From: Camelus dromedarius
Lineage: Eukaryota
Direction of reading: 5' to 3'
DNA: 64,000 nucleotides
Assembly (NCBI RefSeq): GCF_036321535.1
Contig: NC_087436.1
Span: 119,848,001-119,912,000, forward strand
Made by a program: the position numbers and the translations under genes. Positions 38,771 through 50,500 of the stretch are shown here, piece by piece (within the stretch, counting starts at the first letter, position 1; every line of letters begins with the position of its first letter). The notes under the pieces are model-generated. The model was not told where the DNA came from. It worked only from the letters and a program-made list of their open reading frames with translations, and ran no database searches.

Positions 38771-40823
38771 CTTTTCCTGGCTGTGCGGTTTCCCAGTGTT
38801 GTGGGGAGACGGGTGGGGGCGCTCGTCTGCATGGGGGGAGGGGCAGGAGCGGAACATACGTCCCTGCCAATGAAATAATTATAGGGTATGAAAATGCCTT
38901 AATTAAATCATTAAAAAAGCGAATATGTACAAACACTCAGCAATTAAGCTACCGATGTGCAAATAGCTGTTCTCTTACTGTGCTTGCCTTCCATGTATAT
39001 ATTTGTTCATTTTTAGAGTCTAGTTTTTTGTTTTAAATTTTTAACTTGAATATATCTAGACTGGATACTCTGAGTTGCTGTCAGAAGAACTTGGAGGTGG
39101 TGTGAGCGCTGGGGAAGGTTGGGGTGGGCGGTGGGGGGCCGGCAGCCTGGCACAGAGGATGCCCTCAGTGGGCCCTGTTTCCCCCTCCTTCCCCCTCCTC
39201 CCCTCTTTCTTCCTCCCCACTCCTTCCCTTCCTCCCTCCCCAGCTTCCTTACCCCTGGACTGCTGGGCTCTCACAGGGATTTTGACTGTCCTGAGATGAG
39301 AGGGGGCGTCTCTCCCCAACAGGCAAGTTCAGAGGTCACTTGCTGGCTGGTGCTCAGACATTAATCAAATCCAGTCTCCACAGTTTCTATGCGAAACTTG
39401 TCCAGAGAGGGATACCGGCTCACCCGAGGTCACACAGCCTCCGGGGCTGGTACCTGGAGCACCTCCCTAGGAATCCAACAAGCATTTATTGAGTGCTAGC
39501 TGTGTGCCTGGCCTGTGGGTTCTTGGATGATCTTGGTGACCGCTGTCCTCATTCCACCTGGGTGATCTGGGAGGAGGTAGCATTGCATTCAGGGTTGGTC
39601 CCTTGGGCTGGGGAGGGAGGGGGTTGGATTTAGATAGGAATCAGGAATGTAAGGCATTCAATTCAGAGTCCTCCTTGTCCCAAGCTCATAACAGAGATAC
39701 TCACTCTCTGGGGAGGAGACAGGGCCTCCCAGCACTGGGCATCTGAAGTGTCCCCGGGCATCCCTGTTTTGCATCGCAAGAGTGGCGCTTATTTCTGGCA
39801 GCTCTCAGACACGCAGGGCGAGGCAGGGGCCGCACCACACTCCGCCACTTTCAACTTTCATTTCCTGGAATAAATCTTCATAGTACGGATCACTGTCACT
39901 GCTAGACTTCTTCCTTCATTTGAATTTCTTTGAGAAACAGGTGGCCTGAAGAAATAATGAGGAGACATAAGGACACTTGCATGGCCCACAAAGAGCGAGG
40001 TCTGCCTGGGCGAGGGTTTCCCCCAAAACCGATCCCTCAGCATGTCAGTGAGACCCCGAGGCCAAGTAATAGGCAGGGAAACTGCAGGCTTAAGGCATGT
40101 GATCACAGCCTTTTCCACTTGTGGGGACCCCAGGGACCCCTGCTTCCAGCCCTCTAGTGCCTCCAGCGGAAGCCGATGCCCATCCCTGAGTGTGTGCCCG
40201 GGACCAGTAGCGGTGAAGGGGCATGGCCAGACCCCCGACCTCCAGACCCCTCGCTCCCAGCCAGCCCGACGCCACTTTGCCTCTCGGCTTCATGGGGTCT
40301 TGGGGCTCCTCAGACAGGTGCCAGGTGAGGAAGTGGCCCCGGCCGTGGGCACGGGGGAAACGTGCTGCTCTGACCTCTTCAGGGACCCCTGTACCCCGCA
40401 GGCGTTGCGGGGCTGAGAGAGCATCCTTCCCCCGGGGGCTGTCCTGCCGCCCAGCCCCGTCCTGCGCCTCCCTGAAGCTGCATCCAGCTCAGTAGTGCCT
40501 CTGGCCCCACACGTCGCCCCGGGTCTCCCTCCATCTCCTCCCTCAACCCAGTGCCTCGCCATCCCCAACGCATGCCCCCGGGTAGGAGTCCTGCCCTTCC
40601 TTTCTGCTCCTCCCCACCCCCATCCACCTCTGTCCACCTCCGTCACCCGCCCCATCTGCAGTCACAGCAGTCTTCCCAAAATGACGATGTGCGATGACAC
40701 CTCCCACCAGGCATGCCTTGACTGAGTACAACCTAACGCTCTTCATGGAGTCACTCGGCTCATCCTCTGAGAACGCTGCCCTCACCCTGCAGAGGCCGCC
40801 CACAGCCTCTGCCTGTGTCCAGA

Positions 40824-41620
40824 CCCACCGGTCCAGCAGAAATAGGATGTGAGCCACATGTGGGTTGTCATTAAAAAGTAGAAACGGGTGACATGAAAAG
40901 TCCTCGAGCAACCTTAGAGGCATGTTACCGAGGGAGACAAGCCGATCTGAAAAGGCTACTTAACGTACAGTTCCAACATAGGACTTTCTGGAAAAGGCAG
41001 AGCTCTGCAGACGGTGGAAGACCCGTGGTTGTGGGGCTGGGGGCGGGGAGGGAGGGCAGAGGACGAGGCGGAGTGCGGGCGTTTCCGCGCAGTGAGACTA
41101 CTCTGTGTGGCGCTGTCATGCTGGGTACATGTCATCACACATTGGTCCAGAGAACGCACAACCCAAGAGTGACCCCTCGTGTAAGCTACAGAGTCCGAGT
41201 GACAATGACCTGTGAGTGTAGGTGCATCCGTCCTAACAGTGTGCATCTCTGGTGGAGGATGCACGTAGAGGGGCAGATTATGCACGTGTGGGGGCAGGGC
41301 TGGACGGGGATCTCTGTACCCTGCTCTCGGTTGAACTGTGACCCTAAAACTGCTTTGAAAAAATTAACTCTATTAATGACAGAAAGAAACAGATGCAATT
41401 AATCTTAATAATAAGTTTTCTTTGACTTGGTATATCCAAAATATTATGTCAACATGTATCTGGTATAAAATTACAATGAGATAGTTTACACTCTTTTTTA
41501 TCTACTGCATCTTTGAAATCAGTGTGTACCTGACACAGGGTGTCTCCGTTCAGAGGAATTGCCACCATCCTGGGCTCTCAGCAGCCCCCCGTGGCCAGGG
41601 CGGGCTGTAATCCAGAGCAG
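40824..41620 (+). mobile_element. MER33-like hAT-Charlie element split by an L1MC insertion
   Basis: 40824-40891 and 41385-41620 match the two parts of the recalled MER33 consensus (gtccaatagaaat…gagccacat…; …tatatccaaaatattat…ctttgaaatc…). Confidence 0.75.
40892..41380 (+). mobile_element. L1MC1-like LINE-1 3' end
   Basis: tctgaaaaggctac…ttctggaaaaggca…gcagtgagactactctgt…caagagtgaccc…tgtgggggcaggg…tctctgtacc…cctaaaactgct are hallmark L1MC 3'UTR segments. Confidence 0.85.
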
Positions 41621-41739
41621 GTCCAGATCTGTCTGGGGTTCTGGGGCCGTTCACGCTGTCCATCTCTTTAGCCTCTGGCCCTGCCCTCTCTCTCACAGCT
41701 CACTGTCACCCCTCCTGCTCCCAGCCGGACCTCAGACCT

Positions 41740-42198
41740 GGCTCAGTGCCCCCCAGGTCTGTCACGTCTTCATCCCCGGAGTCTAGGAATATGTCACCTC
41801 ACAAGAAAGAGGGCTTTGCAGATGTGATGAAGATGAGGGTGGGGCAGTTATCCCGGATTAGCCAGGTGAGCCCTTTGCAGCCACAAGGGTCCTTCTAGGA
41901 GGCAGTCAGAGGAAGACTTGACGAAGGAGACATGACAATGGCAGCAGAGATCGGAGGGATGCACTTTAGAGATGGAGGAGGGGCCACAAGCCAAGGAATG
42001 CAGGCAGCCTCTAGGAGCTGGAAAAGGCAAAGAAGTGGATTTTTCCCCTAAAGCTTCCAGAAGGTGCAGAGACCTTGATTTGAGCCCATAAGACCATCTT
42101 GGACTTTGACCCCCAAAACTGTATGATAATAAATGGGTCTTGTTTTAAGCGACAAATTTTGTAGCAATTTGTTGTAGCAGCCACTGGAAACTCATACA
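41740..42198 (+). mobile_element. MLT1D-like LTR
   Basis: ctttgcagatgtgat…agccaaggaatgcaggcagcctctaggagctggaaaaggcaa…ttgttttaagc…ggaaactcataca end. Confidence 0.85.
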
Positions 42199-42479
42199 CC
42201 CCTCCTTGAAGTCTGCCCAGCCGGCATCAGCCTTCCTCTCCTCTGAGCCTGTCATCCACCGGGACCCCCGGGGACGGTGGGAGATGAAGAGGGCCTGCCC
42301 TGGGGGTGATGGAGGTGTTGGCGTGGAGTACAAGCAATTTAGGAGGAGGACTCAGCAAGATGGGGCATTGGATTAGCTGGGCCGTGGGGGTGAGAGAGCT
42401 GATGATGGCCCCTGGCTCAGGGCAGTTTGACGGCCCCCTAGAGTCTCCCAGCGTTCTCTGGACGTCTCCACTGGCATCA

Positions 42480-42727
42480 TTGCTTACCTGGAACGATCTG
42501 TTTGCTCTGTGTCTCACCAGCCAGCCTGTCATCCCCATGGGACAGGACAGTGTCTGTCTTGCTCACTATGGAATGAAGTGACCGGCACACAGTAGATATT
42601 CAATAGACATGTGTGACAGCAATGAATTTGAACAAAGAAATTTGAGTTCCCAGTCCTAGTGTGAAACTTAAAGCACAAAAGAGCTGAACAAATGTTGAAT
42701 GAAGGAGTGAATGAATGAATGAATGAT
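42480..42727 (+). mobile_element. L2 3' end with (TGAA)n tail
   Basis: ggcacacagtagatattcaata…tgttgaatgaaggagtgaatgaatgaatgaatga. Confidence 0.65.
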
Positions 42728-42912
42728 GTCCTCAGTCTCTGGCAGGTGGCCTGGAACTTGGGGCTAATGGCTACTGAGGGAATTGGATTTGCATTATCCT
42801 GAAGGGTGAGGAGTCCCTAACGGCTTGATAGCTGACGACGCAGTGGCAGGATTTTGCTTTAAACAGATCCCTCCTCCCCTTTCAAGAGAGGAGAAAGGAG
42901 GGCGACCTTGTC

Positions 42913-43685
42913 CTCAGGGCCTTCGCACCTGCTCCCCCCCCTACCTGGAATGCTGTATGAGTTCCTTGGGCGGCTGTGACAAAGTCCCACACAGGGGTCA
43001 GCTTTAGACAATGGAAATCTGTTGTCCACAGTCTGGAGGCTGGAAGCCTGGGGTCCGGGTGTCAGCAGGGTCAGCTCCTTCTGGAGGCCCTAGGGGAGAA
43101 TCTGTCCTTTTCCTCTCTCCTCGCTTCTGGTGGTGGCTGGCAATCTTGGGCATCCCCAGTCTGTCTCCATTGTCACGTGGCATTCTCCCGGTGAGTCTAG
43201 GTGTCTGCCCAGGCCTCCTTTGTAGGACACCAGTCGTTGAATTAGAGCCCATCCTACTCTGGTAGGACTTCGTCTTAACTTTATTACACCTGCAAAGAAC
43301 CTGTCTGCAAGTCAAGGTCACATTCATGGGTTCTGGGTAGACAGGAATTTTAGGGAGACGTTACTTAACCCAGTGCAGGTGGCTTCCCCCAGCCAGGCAC
43401 GTAGCAGTCTCTCCTCCGTCCTTTCCCAGCTCCGCCCAGGCATCATCGTGTCTGAGTGGCCTCCACGCCGACTCCCTGAGACAGCAATCCCCCTGCCCCT
43501 CCACCCCCCTATCCTGTTCATTCTTCTTCCCAGCCCTGATGGCCTTTGACACAGTTACATTTTTGCTTATCTGTTTATCGCCTTCCTCCTCTGGCCCCAT
43601 AGAATGGATGTTCCTGGGCGGAGGCCCCCCCCCCCCCCGTGCTCCCTGCCGCAGGCCCACACCGGCAGGTGCGTCTGAGTGAGCC
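42913..43685 (+). mobile_element. L2 fragment interrupted by an MLT1 LTR
   Basis: ctcagggccttcgcacctgct…cctggaatgc before 42954; L2-like sequence resumes after 43377 (…ttgcttatctgtttat…). Confidence 0.6.
42954..43377 (-). mobile_element. MLT1 LTR nested in an L2 fragment
   Basis: tgtatgagttcc…gtctggaggctggaag…gtgtcagcagggt…aaggtcacattc…ca, with L2-like sequence on both sides. Confidence 0.8.
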
Positions 43686-45774
43686 GGTGTGAGGAGGCTG
43701 CTGCAGTCACCGGCGGGGGGTCACGGGGTAGGCTGGATCTGGGGAGACAGGCTGGGCAGGGCAGGTGGGTGTCAGGGATGGAGGTAAGGGGTGGCCTTCA
43801 GGGTGTCTGGGAGGCAGAATCAGTCGGGGGCTTGTCGGGTGGGAGGGGTGGGGAGGGGACCCACGGGTGCAGAGGTTTTCATGCATCCAGCTGGTAAGCA
43901 CAGCTCTGTTCTGTGGGGCTTCTGCAACTTCCTGGGTCTCTGGGTCGATCCTCTGCTAATGGGCTCTCTCCATCCCAAAGCAAATCAATTTTCTGAGGTT
44001 TTGAGAGTAAGTGTTTCCCTAATTCACCTCGGGCAGTGGGGGAGCTGCTTTGTTCTTTCCTGCAGGCCCTCCCTGGGGAGGCCAGGGGCCCATAGAGGCC
44101 CGAAGGATCCAGTTCTAGGCCCCCTGGGGGAGGGCTGGCCCTGCTGGGGTTCCCTGGGAGTCAGGGGGCAGGGCTGCCCTCTGTCCTGGCCTGAGTCCTG
44201 TGACGGACCTGACCTGTGGGGACATGGAGCCACTGAGAACAATCAACTCAGCCCATCTTCCCGGAACCTCGGTTTCACTTGAAGATTCCGGGAGGAAATA
44301 TACGCCTGTAGAGAGCACTGAGGGTGCATTACGGAATGGAATTAAAACACTGCCAGTGGTGCATGGCGTGTGTGCTAAGCAGCTCTAGGCCTGCCCCAGG
44401 CCTGCAGGACACACTGGGAGGGTCTGAGATGTCTACCTGGTCCAGCCCTCGGTGGGCCCAGAGAGGGGAAGGGGCTGCCAGGCCCCACAAAGTGCTGGGG
44501 TCTGAGGACCGGACTGCAGCTGGGAATGCCCGCCCCCCCGCCCTGGAGTGCAGCTCCTGGAGCTCAGTCTGGTCTCAGCGGTGGTTAGACAGACGGACAG
44601 GCCCAAGGGATGCCAGTGCAGCCAGCCCCAGTCACCGTGGGCTCCCACTCCTGTCCCTGTCCCCACCTTGGGGTGACTTTCCTAGCCCGTTAGAAGACGA
44701 GGAAGCTCTGGGAGGGTCCTGAGACCACACGAAGGTCTCTGGAACTCACACCCCTGGTTTAGGGGCGGGACTGGAAGTGCGGCCCGGGCCTGGGCGTGCG
44801 TCCAGCTCTGCAGTCACGCACGTTTTAACCAGATGCTAACAAGGGGTGCTGGTTTCAGGGTCGCCGCGACTTTAAGCTTCAACGTGGAATTAATTCCACA
44901 TCCTGATGAATTGGTCGCTTCCAAACAGCAGATGTGAAATTGCCCTTAATGGCTTCTCCCCTGTGGCCGCTGTGGGCTGAGGTTAGAGCTGGGAGATCTC
45001 CTGCAGCCCTGGCGATACAGGTGGGAAAGCGGGCCCTCAGGCAGATGGGAGGGACTGGCCCAAGGTCCTGCCGAGTCCAGAGGGTGTCTGACTGGGGTCT
45101 GACTTCCAGCAGCGCCGGAGCTCCCTGCAGCCTGCCGTCCCCTGCAGTCCTGTGGGCGCACGTGCTCAGCATGGGGGCTGTGGCCCCCTGGAGGAGCTCA
45201 GGGTCCAGGGAGGGGAACGGACAAGCAGACAGGGCACTACGAGGCGTCAGAGCAGCGCGGAATGCTCTGTAGAGCAAACAGGATGCCAGTTGTTTGTGGG
45301 ATGGGCCAGGGCTCAAATTCTACGTTGGCCACTTGTTAGCTGAGTGACATCAGGCAGGAGCCTGGCCCCTCTGAGCCTCTGCCTTGCCCTCTGGTCACCT
45401 GCCAGATGGACACAGGGATATAATCTGTCAGGGCTTTTCGAGGAATCAAACAGATGGGCGGACCTAGACGTGGCCGGCACATGTGAGACCCTTCATAACC
45501 CCTGAGGTACGGCAGAGTAAAGCTAACATAAACTGTGGACAGGGCAGAGCACTCTGGGACGCTGACGGGGAGGTGGTGTGCTGGGAAGGCTGACCCCACC
45601 TCCCAGCTCCAGACCTGGGCAAGTCCTGGGCATCCCGCGGGAGCCCCGGCCTCCTCCCGGGTCGCTGGGACATGCAGCTCCGGTGCGGGGGAAGAGGACT
45701 ACACAGCGGGGTGCCCTGGGCCCTGCACGCACACTGGCACCCAGCCTGTGCTGGACACCATGAGCCGCACGTGG

Positions 45775-45800
45775 CTAACAGCTGTCATCCTGTACCCTAG
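45775..45800 (+). promoter_or_regulatory. Branch point (CTAAC) and 3' splice site of the SORCS2 exon
   Basis: ggCTAACagctgtcatcctgtaccctAG; branch A at 45778, 22 nt upstream of the intron end. Confidence 0.7.
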
Positions 45801-45900
45801 GTCTTCGGATTTTGGGACATCCTACACCAAGCTCACCCTCCAGCCCGGTGTCACCACCGTCATCGACAACTTCTACATCTGCCCGACTAACAAGAGAAAG
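45801..45900 (+). CDS. SORCS2: Internal coding exon (100 bp) of SORCS2, VPS10 domain-containing receptor; equivalent to human exon 3
   Basis: Flanked by acceptor ...tgtaccctag| and donor AAG|gtacgt. One leftover base plus 33 codons give SSDFGTSYTKLTLQPGVTTVIDNFYICPTNKRK, matching the SORCS2 sequence I recall (…RSSDFGTSYTKLTLQPGVTTVIDNFYICPTNKRKVILV…), including an Asp-box/BNR-like SxDxGxS motif. Confidence 0.95.
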
Positions 45901-46718
45901 GTACGTGCTGCGCCGGGCACCTCGCTCTGCACAGTGGAAGCCGCTACCCCCTTGCTCCTCTGGGAGCACAGAGGGTGGCAGAGGCGGGGTGTGATAGTTA
46001 CCTTTCCCACCCTTCTCAGCTCCGCCTGGATCCAGTTTGATGAATGAGTTTTAAAGGAGCAGCCGGGTCTGGGGAGAAAGCTAATCCTGGTGCCTCTATC
46101 TCCCCTCCTTGTGGCAGAATCCTTCCAGGCAGAGCAAGGGGAGAATCTATTTTTGGGTTGGAGTCCTTGGAAAGCAGTGATGAGCAGTCCTGATCTGCTG
46201 CAGCGTTTGTTTTGTTGTTATTTTTTATTGGTTTTGTTTGTTTGTTTTTTTGCTGATTTGGCTTTGATCTGGCTTCGGTTTTTCATCTGAGCTTTACTTT
46301 CTGTCCTCTTGGTCTAATTGTGTCCCCTGCCTCTGCTCTCTGCCTGGCTGTGGAGCAGGGGACTTCGGCATTTCCAGGCTATTGCCACCCCCACCAGGTT
46401 CCGTGAGAAGGCCCTTTTGCAAACCCATGGTTGCCTCCTGGCCACCTCGGGACCCCAGGATGAGGTCAGAGGAAGGGCCCTGGGCAGCGCCATGCTACAC
46501 ACTTAACTCCATCCAGATCAGAGTCCTCCTGGGAAAGGGGATGTTGCCACATCTCACACAGAGAATCGTGACATCAGGGACTGGAACCCAGAGCCTGGCA
46601 CTTGCTTTTACAAAGCAGGGACCGATAGATGTTTTGACAGTTGATACAGGAAAAAATGGGGGAGGGTGGCGAGGGGATGGCCATGTCCCAGTCTCAGCTG
46701 AGTCCCTGGGACACGCCC

Positions 46719-47178
46719 TGTGAGTGAGAGTCCTTGGCTTTGCGAAGGAAAGAATTCAAGAGCGAGCCACAGTTGAGTAAAAGTAGATTTATTTAGAGAG
46801 ATGTACCCTCCATAGACAAAGTGTGGGCCTCTCGGAAGGCAAGAGAGTGAGGTGTGGTGTTGCTGGTTTTCATGTGCTAACACGTGAGAGGATTGTTCCA
46901 GCTACTTTGGGGAAGAGGCGGGATTCCCAGGAATTGGGCCACCGCCCTTTGACCTTCCATGGTCATTCTCGGAACTGTCCTGGCATCTGTGGGTGTGTCA
47001 CTCACCGGGCTAGTACATTACAATACGTCTAATGTAGCTCAAGGTCCACCAGGGGTCAAATCTCCTGTCATCCTGGGCCTCCAGGTCTATTGGGAGTTGA
47101 CTTTCCTGCCATCTTGGTGCTAATTGCTGTCATTCCTTTAACGACTGTGCCCTGCCCCTTTCCTTCCTTCCTGTCTCA
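46719..47178 (-). mobile_element. Solo ERV (probably ERV1-class) LTR
   Basis: About 460 bp with TG…CA ends; minus-strand AATAAA (tttatt at 46788-46793) near its 3' end; LTR-like motifs ccaagatggcag and gaattcaagagcgagcc. No clear TSD. Confidence 0.7.
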
Positions 47179-50100
47179 CGGTGACTTTAATGGAAAGGTT
47201 GGAGCAGCGCAGAGTCCGGGAAAACCTCTGTAGACTGACAAGCACCCAGAAAGGGAGTCGCCAACGCCAGACGGCTCGATGGGGAGGGCACCGGAGGGCT
47301 GGATGGTTACGCTGACACAGATTACCGGGCTCAGTGGAGTCGGTGTGCGCATGAACTTGGCAGGCTCTGCAGGGGCCAAGGCCACATCGCCGAGTTAAAT
47401 GAACATGAGGACTGATGTGCACTGCCGTTCATGGGGGGCTGTCCAGGTGGTCTTTGTGGCACTTTTTAATGGGATGTCAGTTCTCCAAAGCAAATCTTCC
47501 CCCACCCCTCTACTCTTTCCTTGACTTTTACTGCTGTAAAGAGCTTCCTGACGAACAGACTTGACCCCCCTACCCCCACCATACCTACAGCACCCACATC
47601 CTCAGCCCCACCTGCTCCCCCAGCTGTCCTCACCCCATGTTGGGCTCTGTTCCAGAGATGGAACTGGAATCGAACCCTTGTTCTGCCGTGAACTCTGCAC
47701 CTTTCTTGAGGGCCCCCCTCCCTCTGAGCTACAGTGGTTTCTTCTTGAGGGGAACAAGGCAAATGCCCAGGAAGCACCCCAGCCCGGGCTCAGGCACAGC
47801 TCTTCTTCACTGGCCAGGAGAGCTGAGTGAGCCGAGATTTGAACCCAGGTCTGCCAGATGCCGCAGCACCCTCTGTCATCCCCTGAGCTCCCCAGGCGCC
47901 CTGCAGCAAAGTTCCAGGGAGCAGATGGGGTTCCCCACGTCTATGCAAGCCCAGCCCAGCCCCACTTTGCTGGAGGTGAGAAGTTGGCAGCTCTGAAGAT
48001 GGGGCCCTAACTGACCACGGCTGAGCTGTGTGATTCTGGTCAGATCCTATTTCTTCCTCAGGCTTCAGTTTCCCCATCCATAAGATGAAGAGGCTGAACT
48101 GGATTTCTCCAAAGCCCCTTCTAGCTCCAGCATTCTGGACACTGCTGGTCTCCTCTTGGCAGAAGAGCAGCAGCTGGGGACTGAGATACATGTGGGCGGA
48201 ACCCAGACTCTGCTCTGTCTTGTGTGTGTCTTGGCTCCTCCTCTGCAAGAGGTCAAGTTCCATGAGGTCTCTGAGCTCCATCTCAACACTGAGCCCCATC
48301 CATTCAGCAGATGTGGGTCGAGGCCCTGCTGTGCGCCAGGCTGCGTGCTTGGAGCTGGAGAGAGAGAGAACCCTTAAATCCAATCTTGTACATATCAGAT
48401 ACAGATTAAGCACCTACTGTGTGCTGGGATCCTCTGCTGGGCACTGGGATGCGATGGGAACTGGACAAACAAGTCAAACTTTCTTGAACCTTTGAGGTTC
48501 TGGGGGAGCCCTGGGAAACTGAAGCCCTCCTGCTGCCTTTTGTGGGAGGAATAAGAAAAGGGGCCAAAGTTAGCCTCCAGCGGGAGAGGATTCACAGCGG
48601 AGTGAGTCTGATCTGGAAGAGATCAGGTCCCTTACTTGCAGCGGCGCCCGTGTGAGCATGTGCGGAGGGTCTGCCTCTCCAGCTATGGGTAATGGACAGG
48701 TTTTGCAGGAGGCTGTGAATGCTATTAGGAGTCCATTTAGCAACAATTACGGGCTAAGCAGCACTTTATAGCTTCTTAAGAGACCACTTTGCAGCCTGTC
48801 TTACAAAATGAATTCCCTTTTATTTTCGCCTCGCCTGTAGTATAATCAGAGTTTCCCACCTTGCAGCCCACAGACAGGGCATTCCACTACTGTCGTGGCG
48901 TGCCCCGGGACCCTGGGGGCCCTGATGATCCCCCAGCACCCTTTGTGTGCCTCCCACGCTGTCTGAAGTCCCAGTTCAGCTTTGGAGCAGCACATCTCTG
49001 ACTTGACGATCAGAACACCGTGGCTTGGGGAGAGGGTGTGGTGGCATGGCCTGGGGGAGCTGGCTGGGACACGGAATTACTTTCAGGTGTCATGGTTTAT
49101 ATTAAAAATTAATGTGAATTTCCACTTTACTTCATGATATATCCGTGTTGGTTTGAATACTAAAATCACACACAGACACACACACACTACACACACACAT
49201 ACATGCACATACACATTTTCAACAAAAAGTCTTTGTCAACCTGATGACCCAGGAGAATGCGTCTGTTTTAAGCCTCAGGACCCCTTGGACCAGCCACGAG
49301 CGTGGGCGCTCCCGGGCACAGGACTCCTAATTTAAGAAGCACAGGGTTAGAACAAAAGCTCCATCAGTTCACCTATTCGTTCATTCTGCTCACTCACCCG
49401 AGATGTTTTGAGACACTGCCGTGTGCCAAGCACTCAGGATGGAAAAATGAATCAGGCCAAAATCCTGCCTCCGAGAAACTCAGTGTCGCAGAGAGCAGAT
49501 CATTGCTGGGAAGAGGCCGCCCTGGTCGTGATGAAGAACAGCCTGAGATCCAAAGTCTCTTCACGTATCAGGAACTGTGTTAGGAGCGTCATGAACACTC
49601 TGATCCTTGCAACTCCCTGCAAGGTAAGGACTGGAGCACCGTCTCAAAGGCGAAGGGACCGTGGTCAGACAGGTCCAGGAGCTTCTCCAAGGCCACACGC
49701 CATTGGCCAACCAAGTCAGGATTTGCACCCAGGCCCAGGCGACCTCTTCACTGCTTCCCTTCCCACTGCCTGGTCCACCTTTGAGCAGTTCTGTTCTGAA
49801 ACCAAACAGCCTGTTCTTAGGGTCACCAAGGCCTCCCCCTCCAGTGGGTGGAAACTAAGGGAAAGGGCACAGGCCTGGCAGCCGAGTTCAAGCCCCAGTG
49901 CCGCGGTTTAGCCGGGCTCTCCGGACCTCAGAGCCCTCACAAGGGAGGCGGGTGGTACCGCCTCCAGCCCCTGCTGCCCCACCTGGTACAAGTGTGTCCT
50001 GTAGCCTGGAGAGGCTGGCTTGTTAATTACTCTGCAGCCTGTGCCAGGACTGCTTCCGCAGGACCCTCCCAGGGTATGAAAACACGGAAGTAAGCACCTT

Positions 50101-50259
50101 CTTCTAGGCTTTGTCTCTGGGTATCTTTCCTGTTCCATGTGTGTAGAACAGCTACTGGGCTCATCCTCTCTCTCTCCGTGCCTGCCTCTGTCTCTGTCTC
50201 TCTACTCAGTTTCCCCGCTTTTTACCCTATGAACCTGGTCTCCAATCCTGAGTTCCTTC

Positions 50260-50500
50260 TCTGGTGTGGAGGCCTCGCCCCGGTTGCGAAGCCCCGCCCC
50301 TGATAATGTAGAGGCCCCGCCCCCTCTGTGGATGTTCCCCTTTCTGGTGTGAAGCCCCGTCCCCATGTAGAGGCTCCTCCCCCTCTAGTGCTGAGGTCCC
50401 GCCTCTCTAGCATGGAGGCCACGCCCCTCCTTGTTGCAGAGCCTGCCCCCTCTAGTATGGAAGCCCCACCTCCTTCCCTGCTGTGGAGCCCGCGCCTTGC
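50260..50500. repeat. Degenerate ~20-26 bp minisatellite built on a GC-box-like core
   Basis: About ten ga(g/a)gccccgcccc-like units. Confidence 0.8.

Larger units (their letters stand above)
1..45800 (+). other. SORCS2: Large SORCS2 intron upstream of the exon (intron 2 by human numbering), partial
   Basis: No other SORCS2-like peptide seen in the ORF track; repeat-rich; human SORCS2 has very large introns around exon 3. Confidence 0.8.

Noticed and set aside
44884..44899. Perfect 16-bp palindrome GTGGAATTAATTCCAC about 0.9 kb upstream of the exon
   Set aside because: About one such palindrome is expected by chance in 64 kb.
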